DNA of 64,000 nt, from contig CM052817.1 in NCBI GenBank assembly GCA_028534125.1, positions 3,598,001 through 3,662,000 of the forward strand, read 5' to 3'. The notes below the pieces were generated by a model. That model saw only the letters and a program-made list of their open reading frames with translations, did not search any database and was not told where the DNA came from. Positions 1 to 12,200 of this stretch are shown here, piece after piece (within the stretch, counting starts at the first letter, position 1; each line of letters begins with the position of its first letter). The position numbers and the translations under genes were made by a program. This DNA is from Lama glama. Lineage: Eukaryota.

Positions 1-714
1 AGCCCAGAAGCCTGAAGTGTGCAGAGGATAATAGGAAAGGCAAGTGAAAAAACTCATATGAGCACTTAAGAGGTAAAGCAAGGCCTCTGATGACAAAGCT
101 AAACTCTGTCAGATGGAATGAAGGAGGGTAGCAAATTCGTGGTGGCTGGAGGGAGCCGAGATGAAACTACAGAAAGAGGTGCCAGGGTGGGACATCACAG
201 ACTTGGCTGCCTCTTGGCCTCAGTGTCAGGCTCTGCCACCAAAGTACTTACGTCCCAACCAAAAGGGCTACCTGGCTCCCTGGCCACCCCACCTGGAGAC
301 CAGGTGGTCCTCAGAGGAACAGAGGTCTCCATGCCCAGTGCTCCTCCTGGCCTCAGCACCAGGCCATTGGCAGCTGGGCCTGCCTGTCCCACTGCCCTGG
401 TCCAAGAACAGCAAGAGCCAAGCCTATTCAGGCTGTGTCCCCAGAGGTCAGTGCAGCAGCCACAGGGCACGTCTGCAGGGTGAGTGGGTGGCTGGTGGAG
501 ACGGGGCACCCCAGGCCTCCCCACACAGAGCCTTCCACTCTCACCTCCAGGAAGGCTGCCCCTCCGCAAGTTAGCCAGTCGGGCTCCCACCTGGGTTCAG
601 ACTCCTCAGTGTACCCTGGGGATCCCAGAGCACTGCATGGTGATGGCCAGATTAGACCTTGAACATCTCCAAGGCAGGAGATGGCTCGGCCCCAATCCTG
701 TCTTCCCCACCTAT

Positions 715-835
715 CCACTGTGTGACCTTAAGCAAGTCACTTAATGGCCCTGTGCCTGTCTCTCACTTATAAAATGCAGTTAATAATAGCACCTAACTCA
801 TATGTGATTTACTTGAGGACATTAAATAAATGTAT
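715..835 (+). mobile_element. MIR SINE remnant (representative of many; others near 2080, 4800, 8300, 32000, 44800 and 57950)
   Basis: Core-like sequence tgtgaccttaagcaagtcacttaa...tataaaatg...taataatagcacct. Confidence 0.7.
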
Positions 836-3170
836 ACAAACAGACTGTTTTTGACAGTTATCATCTGTGTCCCCAGTGCCCAGGTGTCAAACACAACTGT
901 TAACTGACTGACAGACTGATTGGGTAAAGGACCCTGCCCCCCCACCTCCATCACCTCGCCATGGCCTCTTTCTTATAATAACGCTGCAGCTGCCAAGCAG
1001 TGATGTGGAGGCTAGAGAGTACAGACTTTGGCGCCAGGCTGCCAGATTCAAATCCCATCCCTGCCAAAGCCTGGCTGTGTGACATCAGGTGGCCCCTCGA
1101 CCTGTCTGTTTCTGCACTGTAAAAGGGGGTGGTCATGCTTTTGCCCTCCCTGTAGCATGGTTGGAGGATGGAACAGAGGATGTTTAAGAGGTGCATACTG
1201 GGTCCTCAGGAAGTCACTGTCATTACCACCATTAACAGAAATAGCATTCCTTGCCCTCTGCCCTCCTTCCTCCCTGGAAAGGCTGGGAAAGGGAGGCGGG
1301 AGCCGAGGACAGGAGAGTGATGAGGCTGTGATCAGCCTATCAGAAGGGGCTGATAAATGGAGCTGAATCCAGAAAGGATTTAGTAAGCCCTTCAAGTCGT
1401 CCATAAATAAGGCACAGGAGCCCAGGAGGGGGCCATGGCAGAGACGGATGCAGAGACAGCTGGCCAGCCAGCCATCGCTCCAGCGGCAGCCACCAGCAAC
1501 CCAGCTGGAGCCTCCAGCCTCGGGGGCCAGGGGTGTCAGTGGCCTTCGAGGAGGCTCAGAAACACCCCCTCAGTGGGTGCCCCCTGAAGATGGGGGGCCG
1601 GGCCAATCCAGGCTGGTGGGGACAAGTAGACTCAGCAAACAGTCAAGGGGCCTGTAACCCCCAAACATCCCCGAAGTCCCAGTTCAGGGCCAGGCTCTGT
1701 GCACAGAGACAGTAGAGATAAATACAGCCCAGCTATGTCCCCAGGGAGCCCACGGTCTGTGAGACACAGGCACGAAGAGCTCTGGCCACTGGGTGAGAGC
1801 CAAGTCCTGGGACAGCTGACCCCAGGGCCAGGACGCTCCCTGGAGGGAGAGCTCCTGACACCTCAGGCAGACCAGGAGAAGGCAGGGATTCTGGGCGAAG
1901 GAACAGGTGTTGAGTGCAGGGCAGGGCAGAGGCCGGGGTCCAGGGCCTGGCCCAGCGTGTGAGGAGGCAGGCGGAGGAGGAGGAGGCTGGAGAGTGAGAC
2001 AGGCCCAGGTCACACCAGCACTGCCCTAGTGCCTCACACAGTCACTCACCTGTTCCTACATCACCCTGCGGGGTACAAACTTTTATCCCATGTTCAGATG
2101 AGGAAACTAAGGCACAAAGAGGCTAGAAAACTTTGCCGAGGCCATTCGGCTAATACATTAGTTGAGCCAGGATTTGACCCCCCAAGCCGGTACCTTAATG
2201 CCCCTGGGGCAGTAGGCAGCCACCGAAGGTTACTGAGGGAGGGAGGGACCTGGTTCCCTGCATGGGGCTGGGTGGAGGAGAAACGGAGGATGAGGCTGGA
2301 GGAGGAGGCCTGGGCATAACCCCATCCACAGCTGTGAGAAGCAGCACTGGGACAGCAGATCAGGGCCACACTCAGGGTTTGCAGCAATGGCAGCAGACTT
2401 GCTGACCCTGAGCCGGGGGGCAGGGTCTCAGAGCCTCTTCTAACTGGTGTTGCCCATACCTTCATCACAGGCAAAGGGCAGGTGGCCTACAGGTCCCACT
2501 GTACTTTCCAGCTCTGCTCTCCGGCCTGGCAGGTGCCTACATCCTCCCTTCTCCCCAGATCCCATATCCCAGGTCTAAGGCCAGGCCTTCTGGCTGCTCT
2601 GAAACTGATGATGTGACCTGGGGAACCCCATTTCCAGAAGTCCCCACTTCACCTTTGCTAGGTGGCAACTGGCCCTAGTCTTTGCTGTTCTGTTTTGTTG
2701 TTTACTTGCAGCTGAAATATCCAGAGAGTGAAGCCGTCTCCCTCCACGGGGCTGCGGCGGAGGGGGAGGGACAGGTGAGCCTCGTCCTGGTGCTCAAGGC
2801 GAAGCCTGCAGCAGCCCCTCCCTGCCTAGCAGAGACACAGCTGGGTCTGCGAGAATAACAAAATATGAAATTCAGATTAATTTTCTGTTTAGTCAGGATT
2901 TGAATTTCAGATCAGGCCCAGAGTTGATTCAGACTGACTGCAGCCTGTCTCCCTGAGCCTGTCAATCAGTGTGTAGTCCCCACACGGCCCGCCAGCCTCT
3001 TCTGCATCCGAGCCAGTGAGCGCTTCCCCTGAGGAAGCTGGCACATCCAGGGCTTTGTGCCCAGACAGGCAGGTTGACACACCCCAGGCCCTGCTTCCAA
3101 GGCCAGGGTCCAAACCCCTACCCAGCCTTCCACACCAGGCTGCCCCTCAAAAATCTCCAGTTGATGTGGG

Positions 3171-3720
3171 ATTTTTTCCAGCTTTACTGAGGTGCAACTG
3201 ACAAATCTGTAAGCTATTTAAAGTGCATGTCATGGGGATTTGATGTACGGACACATTGTGAAAGAGTCCTCCCACCTAGTTAACACATTCATCACCTCAC
3301 ACATTCATCTTCTTTCTTTTTTTTTGGTGAGAACATTTAAGTCCTACTCTCTAAGCAAAGCTCAATTACACAGCACGGTGTTACCAACTACAGTACCATG
3401 TTCCACGTTAGATCCTCACCCCTTATTCATGTCACAGCTGAACACTGGTACACTTTCACTAGCCTCTCCCTAGGTGGTCCCCCATGGCCCCACCTCCACT
3501 CCCGACCGCCCTTGGCAACCACTTTTCTACTGTTTCTATGAATTTGATTTTTTTTTAATACTCAGCACATAAGTGAAACCCACAAACCGTTTGTGTTTCT
3601 GTCTGACTTATTTCACTTAGCATGATGCCCTCAAGGTCCATCCACGTTGTCAAAAATGGCAGGATGTCCTTCTTTCTCATAGCTTAGTGATATTTTGGTG
3701 TATTTTTTCCCATTAATTTT
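3171..3720 (-). mobile_element. LINE-1 3'-end fragment (L1MA/MB-like)
   Basis: Antisense L1 3'UTR motifs: agctttactgagg...; gacttatttcacttagcatgatgccctcaaggtccatccacgttgtc-aaatggcagga. Confidence 0.8.
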
Positions 3721-4186
3721 GTTGCACTTTGCCGTTGGCTATCACTGGTCCCCGCAAGAGCCCCGTAGCCACCGCCAGTCTGCAGGAGGGCTAAGAGTAG
3801 TCGCGCCCACCGTCCCCTTCACATGTTCCCTCTCGTGGGGCCCCTCCAGGCCTGGTACCGGCCGGCTGAAGGCCGTCCCTGCACTGGGACACCAAAGACT
3901 CTGTGACCTGATGGTGGCCCTGTTCCTGGTACCTCCTATCACACACTCAGCTTTGCCAGGTACTCGACTCTCCTGAGCCTCATCTCCTCACCTGAGAAAT
4001 GAGATGACGCCACCTGCTGCAGGGACCTGGCAGTGCCTGCAGGTGATCTGCTCAGTGACACCCAGGAGGTATTTATTCAGGCTCCCACATCCCAGGCCCC
4101 ATCCTAGGCGGGTAGGGGGTCGGGAAGGGCACCAGAGTGAACAAAACGGACCGAATTCCTTGCCCTCAGGCAGCCGATGTTCCAGG

Positions 4187-4397
4187 CAGTGGTCCTCAAT
4201 GGGGGGCAGTTTTGTCCGCTAGATGACACCTGGCAACGCTAGATGTGTCTGGCTTTCACAAACCCAGAGGGGGTGCTGCTTCTGGCCCCTAGGGAGCGGA
4301 GGACATGGATGCTGCTAAACAGCACTCAAGGTGAGGACAGGCTCCCCACGGAGTTATCCAGCCCCAAATACCAAGAGTACCAAGGTTGAAGAGCACG
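4187..4397 (+). mobile_element. MER20 (hAT-Charlie) DNA transposon
   Basis: CAGTGGTCCTCAATGGGGGGCAGTTTTG...GGATGCTGCTAAACA...CCAAGGTTGA follows the MER20 consensus over about 210 bp. Confidence 0.75.
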
Positions 4398-5376
4398 GTT
4401 TTGGGGGAGAGATGATCAAAAAGACAACTGAGTAAAATGAATAGATTGCTAGAAGGTGATGAGTGCTGACAAGTCTGCCCCACACAAGGAAGCAAGAAGA
4501 CAAGGTCCACCTTTCCCAGTGCAGCAAAAACGAGGCTCAGCGGGGAGGACACGCCCAGGCCCGAGACCCAGAGGCAGGCCGCCTGCCGCGTGGCACTGAG
4601 CCGGCCAGAGACGGCCCACAGCAGCTGCCAGCGGGCGGACTGGGTCCCCAGAGGCCCCGCCGCAGGCTTCACTACAGGCCCCGGAATCCAGAGATGAATG
4701 AGGCTGGGCCCAGCCCCCAAGACTACCAGCCTGGCAGAGCAAACACACATCACGCCCAGTACTCCAGCCACCTGGGCTGTGTAGTCTTCGGCAGGGGGCC
4801 TGACCCTCTCTCTGAGCTTCAGTTCTCCCACATGTGAAATGGGGACAGTGGTGGGACCTACTTTGTGTGACTGTTTGGAGGTCAAATGGGATGTGGCCAT
4901 ACGAAGTGCCCAGTCAAAAGTCATGGATGTTATGGTACACAGTGGAGGAGGGGTGGCGTGGAAGGTTCTGGAACACTGAGAGGAGTGAACGGTAAGCATA
5001 CCATCAGGACTCAGAGAAGCTCAGAGGGGCTTCCCTGGGGAAGGGGCACCCAGCTGGCCCTTGAAGGCAGAAGTTCACCCTCCAGGTAGATCGAGAAGGT
5101 AAGACAAAGGGACCTGCTAGGTGGGGGTCAGTGGGGCACAGATGAGTGTGAGTGTGTGAAGACACTGACAGACAGGGAGGGACAGGGCAGGAGATGACAC
5201 TGGGGCCCAGCACCCACAAGGCCGTGGTTGCCAGACCTTGGACCTGATCTCATCCTCACCTCCCAACTACCCCTGACAGTGTTCTCCACTCAGCAACCAG
5301 AGAAAAACCCAAAGTCAAACCTGTCCCACCCATCACAGGCAGAGCACAAGCCATGTCCTTACAAGATCTCACAACC

Positions 5377-5516
5377 GGGGGGAGGGTACAGCTCAGTGTG
5401 TGCTTAGCACGTACGAGGTCCTGGGTTCAATCCTCAGTACTTCCATTAAAATAATAAATAAATCACCCTCTCCCCACCAAAAAAAAAAAGATACACCCTC
5501 CCCCCCCCAAGAAAAA
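5377..5516 (+). mobile_element. Camelid tRNA-derived SINE (Vic-1-like)
   Basis: GGGGAGGGTACAGCTCAGTG...GAGGTCCTGGGTTCAATCCTCAGTAC with A/B boxes and an A-rich tail. Imperfect TSD aagatctcacaacc / aaggccccacaacc. Confidence 0.85.
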
Positions 5517-6249
5517 GGCCCCACAACCTACACCATTCAGACCTCATCCTGTGAGCCCTTCTCTCCCATTTTCCCTCACACTGCCTCTGCTCTGGCCGCA
5601 CTGGCTCCTCACTTCTTCCAGAAACACTGCTGACACACTCCTGCCTCAGGGCCTTTGTACCTGCTATGCTCTCTGCCAGGAATCCACTCCCATCGAAATT
5701 CCAGGGTTTGCTCCAGCCTGCTTCAGGGTTTTGCTCAGTCAGTGGTGATGTCACAGGTCTTTGAGTAGGGCCTTGAAGGATGAGCAGGGGGGTTGTCAAA
5801 CGGAGGAAGGGAGGCCCTTCCAGGCAGAGGGGTCCTGCATGGCTGGAGGATGCTGTGTGGGAGAGCAGGGCAGATGGACTCAAGGCCCAGGAGGGAGGTC
5901 TGTTGGAGCTGACACAGAGGAGAGAGGCGAGGAGGGTAGGCACGCCTCAGAGGTATGGAGGTCCAGTTGGGAGAGCCATCAGAGAGGGGAGCTCTGAGCC
6001 TGGCCTCACCCAGAACAGAGGGACAGAGGCAGCACCCACAGACACCCTCTCCGTCTTGTATCACTCCCCCTCCTTGCCTCACTGCATCCTCACAATGACC
6101 CTATGGTGGGGACGCAGTAAGCTCCATTTTACCGACCTGGAAACAGAGCCCAGCAGGGCCAAATGGCTCGCCCTGCCCCCCACTCAGTTATCCTATCTTG
6201 ATTCGGCTGCCTCATTCCCTCGCTTTCCTTCACAGGTAAGTTGGTATCC

Positions 6250-6680
6250 TTGTCAAAAGGTCTGTATTTCGTTTTTAGAGTTAAATACTGTGCTTATCCA
6301 CTCTATAAGCTTTTACACGTACCTTCCCTCTCAATGTCATATTGTCAACTAAGACCATCCATTTTGTCGCACAGAGCTGAAGTTGCTCGTCCTGCCTGCT
6401 GCCCAACACTCCACTGGGCGGATATTCCGCGGTTGGCTCGTCCATTCTCCGGGCGATGGGCACTGGGGTGGCTCCCAGGCTCTGGAGGAAACAAAGCGCT
6501 CTGCTGCGCGGCTCCTGCGGCGCGGGCAGAACTGCGCCCCGAGGCACCGAATGCCCACCTTCACGAGATCACACAGAGCCTGTTTCCAAACGCGCGGGAC
6601 CGCCTCGTACTCCCACATGCTACTGACGAGCCACCTGATTGGTCCACATCCCTGCCAATGATTTGTCGGCGAATAGTCAT
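6250..6680 (-). mobile_element. Old LINE-1 (L1MC/ME-like) fragment, strongly GC-shifted
   Basis: Collinear with the antisense L1 motifs ccattctcc-gatgg-ca-tggg...tttccaaa...actcccac...ccacatcc-tgcca. Confidence 0.65.
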
Positions 6681-8989
6681 GTGATATTCAGCTGACCAAT
6701 GAGATTGTGGAGAAGCCTGCCAGGGGATGTTGGGAAATTCTCTTGCTCCCAGGAATGACTCGGAGAGACAGCCGGTCTCCCTTCCTCATGTGGACATCAC
6801 TGTGTGCGGTTGTGATGTTCCAGCCACCTTGTGACCACCAGGACAGCCCAGCAGAGCAGAGATGGAAGGACCTGGGTCCTGGCGTCCGTCACAGAGCCCT
6901 GGAACTAACCACCCCTAGAGCTGCCTTGCCTTTGGATTTCTGCTTGTTGCAAAGAACTGAATTTCCTCGTTGTCTCTGTCACGGTGAGCTGGGCTTGCTG
7001 CTGCTCTCAGCTGCATGTGCCCCCGCTGCCTTCCAGCCTGGTTGTCCAGCAGTTCCATGGTGACTCACCCTCCTTTTCAGCAAATTCTTTTTCTGCTTAA
7101 ATTAGCCAGAGTTGATTTAAGTTACTTGCAGCTTAGAACCCCAGTGTTACAGAACAGAATCTGAAAGCGGGTTTGTCTGCCAACAAGCAGTGGTGTTGAG
7201 TCAGGAATAGGGGAGTGTGCTTAAACATGGAGATGAAAGAAAGTGAAGCTCCAAGGGTCAACCACCCCCTCTCAGGTGGGAACCCAGAAGGTCACAGGGC
7301 AAAAACACAGATCCTTGAGGGACCTGAATGCCAAGCAGAAGAATATTGACTTTATCCTTAAAGTCATGAGATTTTGACCAAAAGGATCACCTATTGGAAT
7401 TTACATTTCAGGGAGTTTGCTTGGACATGGTGCTTAGGGGTCTTAGGGAGAGGGTTCTGACATCCTGAGCTCCTCCTGCGGGCCAGTCAGGTCCCCACAC
7501 CATCTCAGCAAATCCGCACAGCTCCCCTCTGAGGGAGAGAGTAACCTCTTCTCCAGATGAGAGGCCTGGGGTGCAAATCAGAAAGTGACCTGCCCATGCC
7601 CCCCAGCTGGTCAGGGGCACAGCAGTAACTGACAGACCCCAAACCCAGAACTTTTCAGCCACATCCTGCTGCCTCCTCATGCATAGGAGAGAGTTTGGCC
7701 CCCCCAGGTCTGATCCTGCCAGTACCATCTGTGCTGCTCCAGGATGGAGAAACCTCTACACTGATCAGTAAAATGTTTCTGTAACTCTTAAAACCCAGTG
7801 ACCAGGTCACTAGTGTTTAGGCTGTCTCCTCTCATGGCTGCCGAGGCTGATAAGTGCCATTCCATCTTTTTATGCTACATTAATTTAAATAAAGCCTTTG
7901 CCAAATGACAATGCTTGTCTGTGTGTAATAAAGGAAGCCAAAGATATTTTAGAGTGTGACAGGAGCCATGAGGGAGAAGAGTCAAATTTTGTCGGGGTCT
8001 CAGAGCAACCGGGGGTTAGATCTTAGACCCTGGCCTGAGGGACAGAATCCAGAAACTGCTGCTTCTGCAGGTAGCTGCAGAGAGGTGAGCCTGCCAGGAA
8101 GGCCCAGGTTGAGTTTGCTGTGAGCCTCTTCCGGGCCTGAGCAGGGTGCCTGGGGCAGGGGAGCCGTGAGGCCTTTGTAGAGACCCAGGGATATTGTTGA
8201 AGCAACTCCTGCCACCTCTGGGGGCTGGGCACTCTGCAGATAGGTGCTACTTGATTCTCTCTGTCACCCCCTAAGGTAAGTGCTACCCTTACCATCCCCA
8301 TTGTACAGGTGGGAAACTGAGGCCCAGGCTAACTGGGGGACTTGTTAAGCTCACACAGCCCATAGGGCCTGGACCTGAACCCAGGGCTCTCTGATTCTGA
8401 GCCCAGTCCACTCACCTGCCCCTCACTGTGTGAGCATAGAGTGATCAGGGAGGCTTCACAGAGGAGGCGGCATTTGCACTGAGACCTGAAGGGTGAGGAG
8501 AAGCCAGAGGGGTTTGGAGCAGGCAAAGGTTTTTCCCAGAAGGGGGAGAAGGATGGGCTAAGGCACAGAAGTGAGCAGCCAGTCGGGCAAAGCTGCGGGT
8601 TAAAATGGAGTCTCGGCTAACCACCCCCGCAACCCCTGCCCCACGAATCTCCCTTTGAAACTCATCTCAAGATGGGGAGCTGGAAAGAAGCCAAGTCCCA
8701 GAGGAGGGTTTGGGATTCACTTTCTCCCTGGAACAAAGATCTTAGGCCAAGATTTCAAACTTCTTTTCCTCTTGGAAAAACATCTCTGGTTTCAAGCCTG
8801 CATTTTTGGCAACCTCATTCCTGGAGCCTCTCGGCAGTCAGGAGAACGACGCATTCAGACAGAAGGCACTCGGTGTCTTTGTCTTGAGGTAACTCGAGAC
8901 CCCACATTCCAGAGAGAAACACCGCCCGAGCTGGATCCTTACTGGGTGGTTCTCTCAGGAGTACGTGCTTGGTCACCAAAGGTGAAAGG

Positions 8990-9218
8990 CGGGGCAGGGA
9001 TAAATTAAGAGTTAGGGACTAGCAGACAGAAACTACATATACAAAATAGAGAGCCAACCAGGTCCTACTGTACAGCACAGGGAACCATACAATACCTTGT
9101 AATAAACTATAATGGAAAAGAATCTGAAAAAGAATATGTATCTATATAGAGATATCTGAATCACTTTGCTGTATACCAGAAATTAACACGTTATAAATCA
9201 ACTACAGGTTGATAAAAA
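8990..9218 (+). mobile_element. Cetartiodactyl-type LINE-1 3' end
   Basis: Contains ggtcctactgtacagcacagggaac...taatggaaaagaatctgaaaaagaatat...ctgaatcactttgctgtataccagaaattaacac, typical of artiodactyl L1 3'UTRs. Confidence 0.8.
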
Positions 9219-12200
9219 TGATTTATTATTTGTTTTACACAAGAGCGCATGCTTGGAAGAGGACAGGGGCATCAGGCCCACTTCCTGCTCCACCTGCGGC
9301 CCCAACAAGGCTGCTCACGTCGCTGTCGGCTTGGAGCTGAAAAGCACTGGCCCCTTCACCTCTGGGAGGCCCAAGTCGGAGGGCATAGACGATGGGCGTG
9401 ACCTCACATGCGCCGTGCTCTCCATGGCTCCTTAAAGACAGGCTGGCTCTAGTCTCAGCTCACATCTGTCTTGAGGGACCTTTCTAAAAGCCCCAAGGGA
9501 CCAGCACATGCCAAAATGCTGAACCTTTGCCCCCATGTCCCTCACACTATGACCCAGACAGCACATGGTCTCCGTCCAGAGCACAGCAGAGGACCGTCAG
9601 ATAAACTATTTCTCCCGCACGTAGCCTGCCTGGGTCACCAGCTTTCCCTCCTGCGGTGAGTCTGCACTTAACATGCCCTCCCTCCCTTTTCCATTCAGCC
9701 AAGTCCACGGTTTTGGTTTTGTTACTTCCAGTGTCCGCTTCTCGGCACCAAAGTCAGCTTCAATCAGGATTCCATTCAGCTGCTCATAACAGCAACTTCA
9801 TCTTCACAGATCCCCAAGGTGGGACTGGGCTGGGCTGGACGCTGACTGCCCCATGGACACCCACAGGCACTCAGAACCCTCCCTGGGAGGAGGACGGGCC
9901 CTTGGAAGGACACTGGTGGCCTGTGGACTTTCTACTTGCACCAGAGGGTGAGGTTTCAGGAACCACAGCCCTGACTGCGTAGGGCGATCACCTCCCAGAC
10001 GCCTCATGAAAGAAGGAGGCAGCTGGCTTCAATCCCCGCCCCCTCGGGGAAGGCCTTTCAGGAAAGCCCACATTCAAGGATGCTCCAGGCTGCGCTGGAA
10101 AAGCCCAACCCTCGTGACCGAGTACATCATCACTGTGAAGGGCCTCTTGGCTCTAGAGCCCTCCGTCAGCCTGAGCGGGGCAGCCCCTGGACCTGAGCAC
10201 AGCTGGGCTTCTCCTGCCAAATCTTGCTTCCCTCCCCTCCCTTTCCCAAGGCTTGGTTCCCAAGGGCACACCCTGATACACCCCCGGCACACTAAGCACC
10301 TCAGAGTCTGCTCCCCAGGAGGCCAGCCTGGGACACCAGGGTGTATCATGTGCGTCTCCAGAGATGCAGAGGAAGTTCTTAGTTATGGCGCTGGAGCAAC
10401 AGCTGAGTCCCGATCGCAGACGCAGGAGGGAGTGCACGAGGGACCAGCACGTCCCAGAGGCCAGAGCTGCAAAGCCCCTCCAGCATCCAGCAAGGACAAG
10501 TCCTGGGGCCAAGGGCACAGCCAGGCTGTGTGCAAGCCCAGCAGTGCAGCAGGGAAGAGGTGGGGTGGGCGGCAGGGGCAGGGCCTGACAATCCAGTCTT
10601 GTAGGCAGGACATGCACGTGTGCACACGCGCACCTGTAGCTGCTGCAGTGTCCCTCCAGACCTGGAGAATCGGGACAATCCTGTGCGTGGGCAGGAATGC
10701 AACACACGGGCAGGCTCCCCAGGGAGGCGGTGCTGGGCGCAGCATTTCAGGCATCAGGTGTCTGGACTGTCATGCAATCTAGAGAGAGGCAACAAACCAC
10801 CGCCCCCACCTGCCTGGACCACAGCCCCACCACCACCACCACCACCACCCCCGCAGTGGGAGTCCCTTGGCAGCTGGGGGATGTCGGGAGCCTGTGAACC
10901 CTGCTACCATGTTATAAATGCCCAGCCTCCCCCTCTGCCCCCCACCCCAATGCAGCTGCCGTGTCCTGAGTCCGGGAGCTTGTGCCCTGGGACCGAGAGC
11001 TGAGCTCAGGCAGCAGCCAAGGGTGACGGAGAACTTGCCTCCAGCTGGGGAAGAAGAGGAGTCATAAAGGGGCTTCGGGGTCATCGTGGAGGCGAGGGGA
11101 CCCTTAAGGGCAAGGGGGCCTGCAGTTGGACGTCAGGACTGGGAATAAGAGGAGGATAAGGCTGGTCTCCCCTGCGTTCTCCCTGGGATGTGCCCTCAGG
11201 GATAGCAAGGGCAGGAGGACTGCCTGGAGCAACGGGCCAGGAGCACTCGGGGTGCACTCCACTCCCCACACTCTCCAGCTATGCTCTTACCTCTTTTCCC
11301 TTGGAACGGGCTGCTTCCTCCACTGGAAGGCTCTAGAAGGCTCTCTCCCACCACTGTTTCTCAGATAACAAGCAGGCTAGCTAGCAGCAGTCCAGAGCTC
11401 ATCAGGAATTTCCAGAATTTGTTCAGGGGCCCAGACTCTTCCTGTCTTCTTCCCCTAGGGTTCTTAGGTATTATCTCTCCTTATGGTCACAAGATGGCTG
11501 CCAGAACCCCAGGCATCACATTGCCATTCCAGGCAGGAAGGAAGAGAACAAACTAAGTACCAAAGATGTGTCAGAAGCCCCACCCAGGAACCTCCACTCA
11601 CATCTCATGGCCAGCACTGAGTCACATGGTCACCCAAACTGCACAGAGCCCAGGGAGTCTGCATTTCATTCCAGCACAGGGCTGCTCCCACACAGAATCA
11701 GAGTTCTGCCTGATGTAAAGAGGGAAGGGAATATTGGGTAGGCAACTCATCCTCTTCCAACTGCATAGAGGGTGGGTGGGAAGGTTCAGAGCAGAGCCAG
11801 GAGCCCAGGGAGGGGGCTGGGCAGTGGTGTGAGAGACAGCTGAGAAGGCCAAGGGGCACGAGGAGAAGACAGCAGGCCACCCAGCAAGGCCACCTCCCCC
11901 GGGTCCATGGAAGGAGCAAGCTGGCAGGGTCTGAGCCAACGTGCAGGTGTCCCAAAGCCCATGACCTTGCGAAGCTGATTACGTAGGGCCACCCTCATGC
12001 AGCCCCTGCCACGCCCCTCTGTCTTCCTCACCCCTCCATTAAACTAGCTTTTCCCTGATGTCCTCAGCCTGGGTGCAGAGCCCAGGCCCGAAGAGGGCTG
12101 GGCGGTGGGAAGGAGGGGCCCGGGGAGGCGGTGCTGGCCCTGAAGTTGGTGCTGGGAACGTTCCTGTTTTAGAAATTCCCAAGTCAACTCCCTTCCTGCG

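Noticed and set aside
2866..2912. miRNA-like hairpin (TGAAATTCAGATT / GATTTGAATTTCA)
   Set aside because: The stem is only about 13 bp with G:U pairs, too short for a pre-miRNA.
5377..5450. tRNA gene
   Set aside because: A/B boxes are present, but it has a SINE tail and TSDs and no intact cloverleaf, so it is a tRNA-derived SINE.
10006..10782. 258-aa ORF and other long ORFs in bases 1-28 kb
   Set aside because: No recognisable domains, codon bias or coherent splice structure; expected in GC-rich intergenic DNA.
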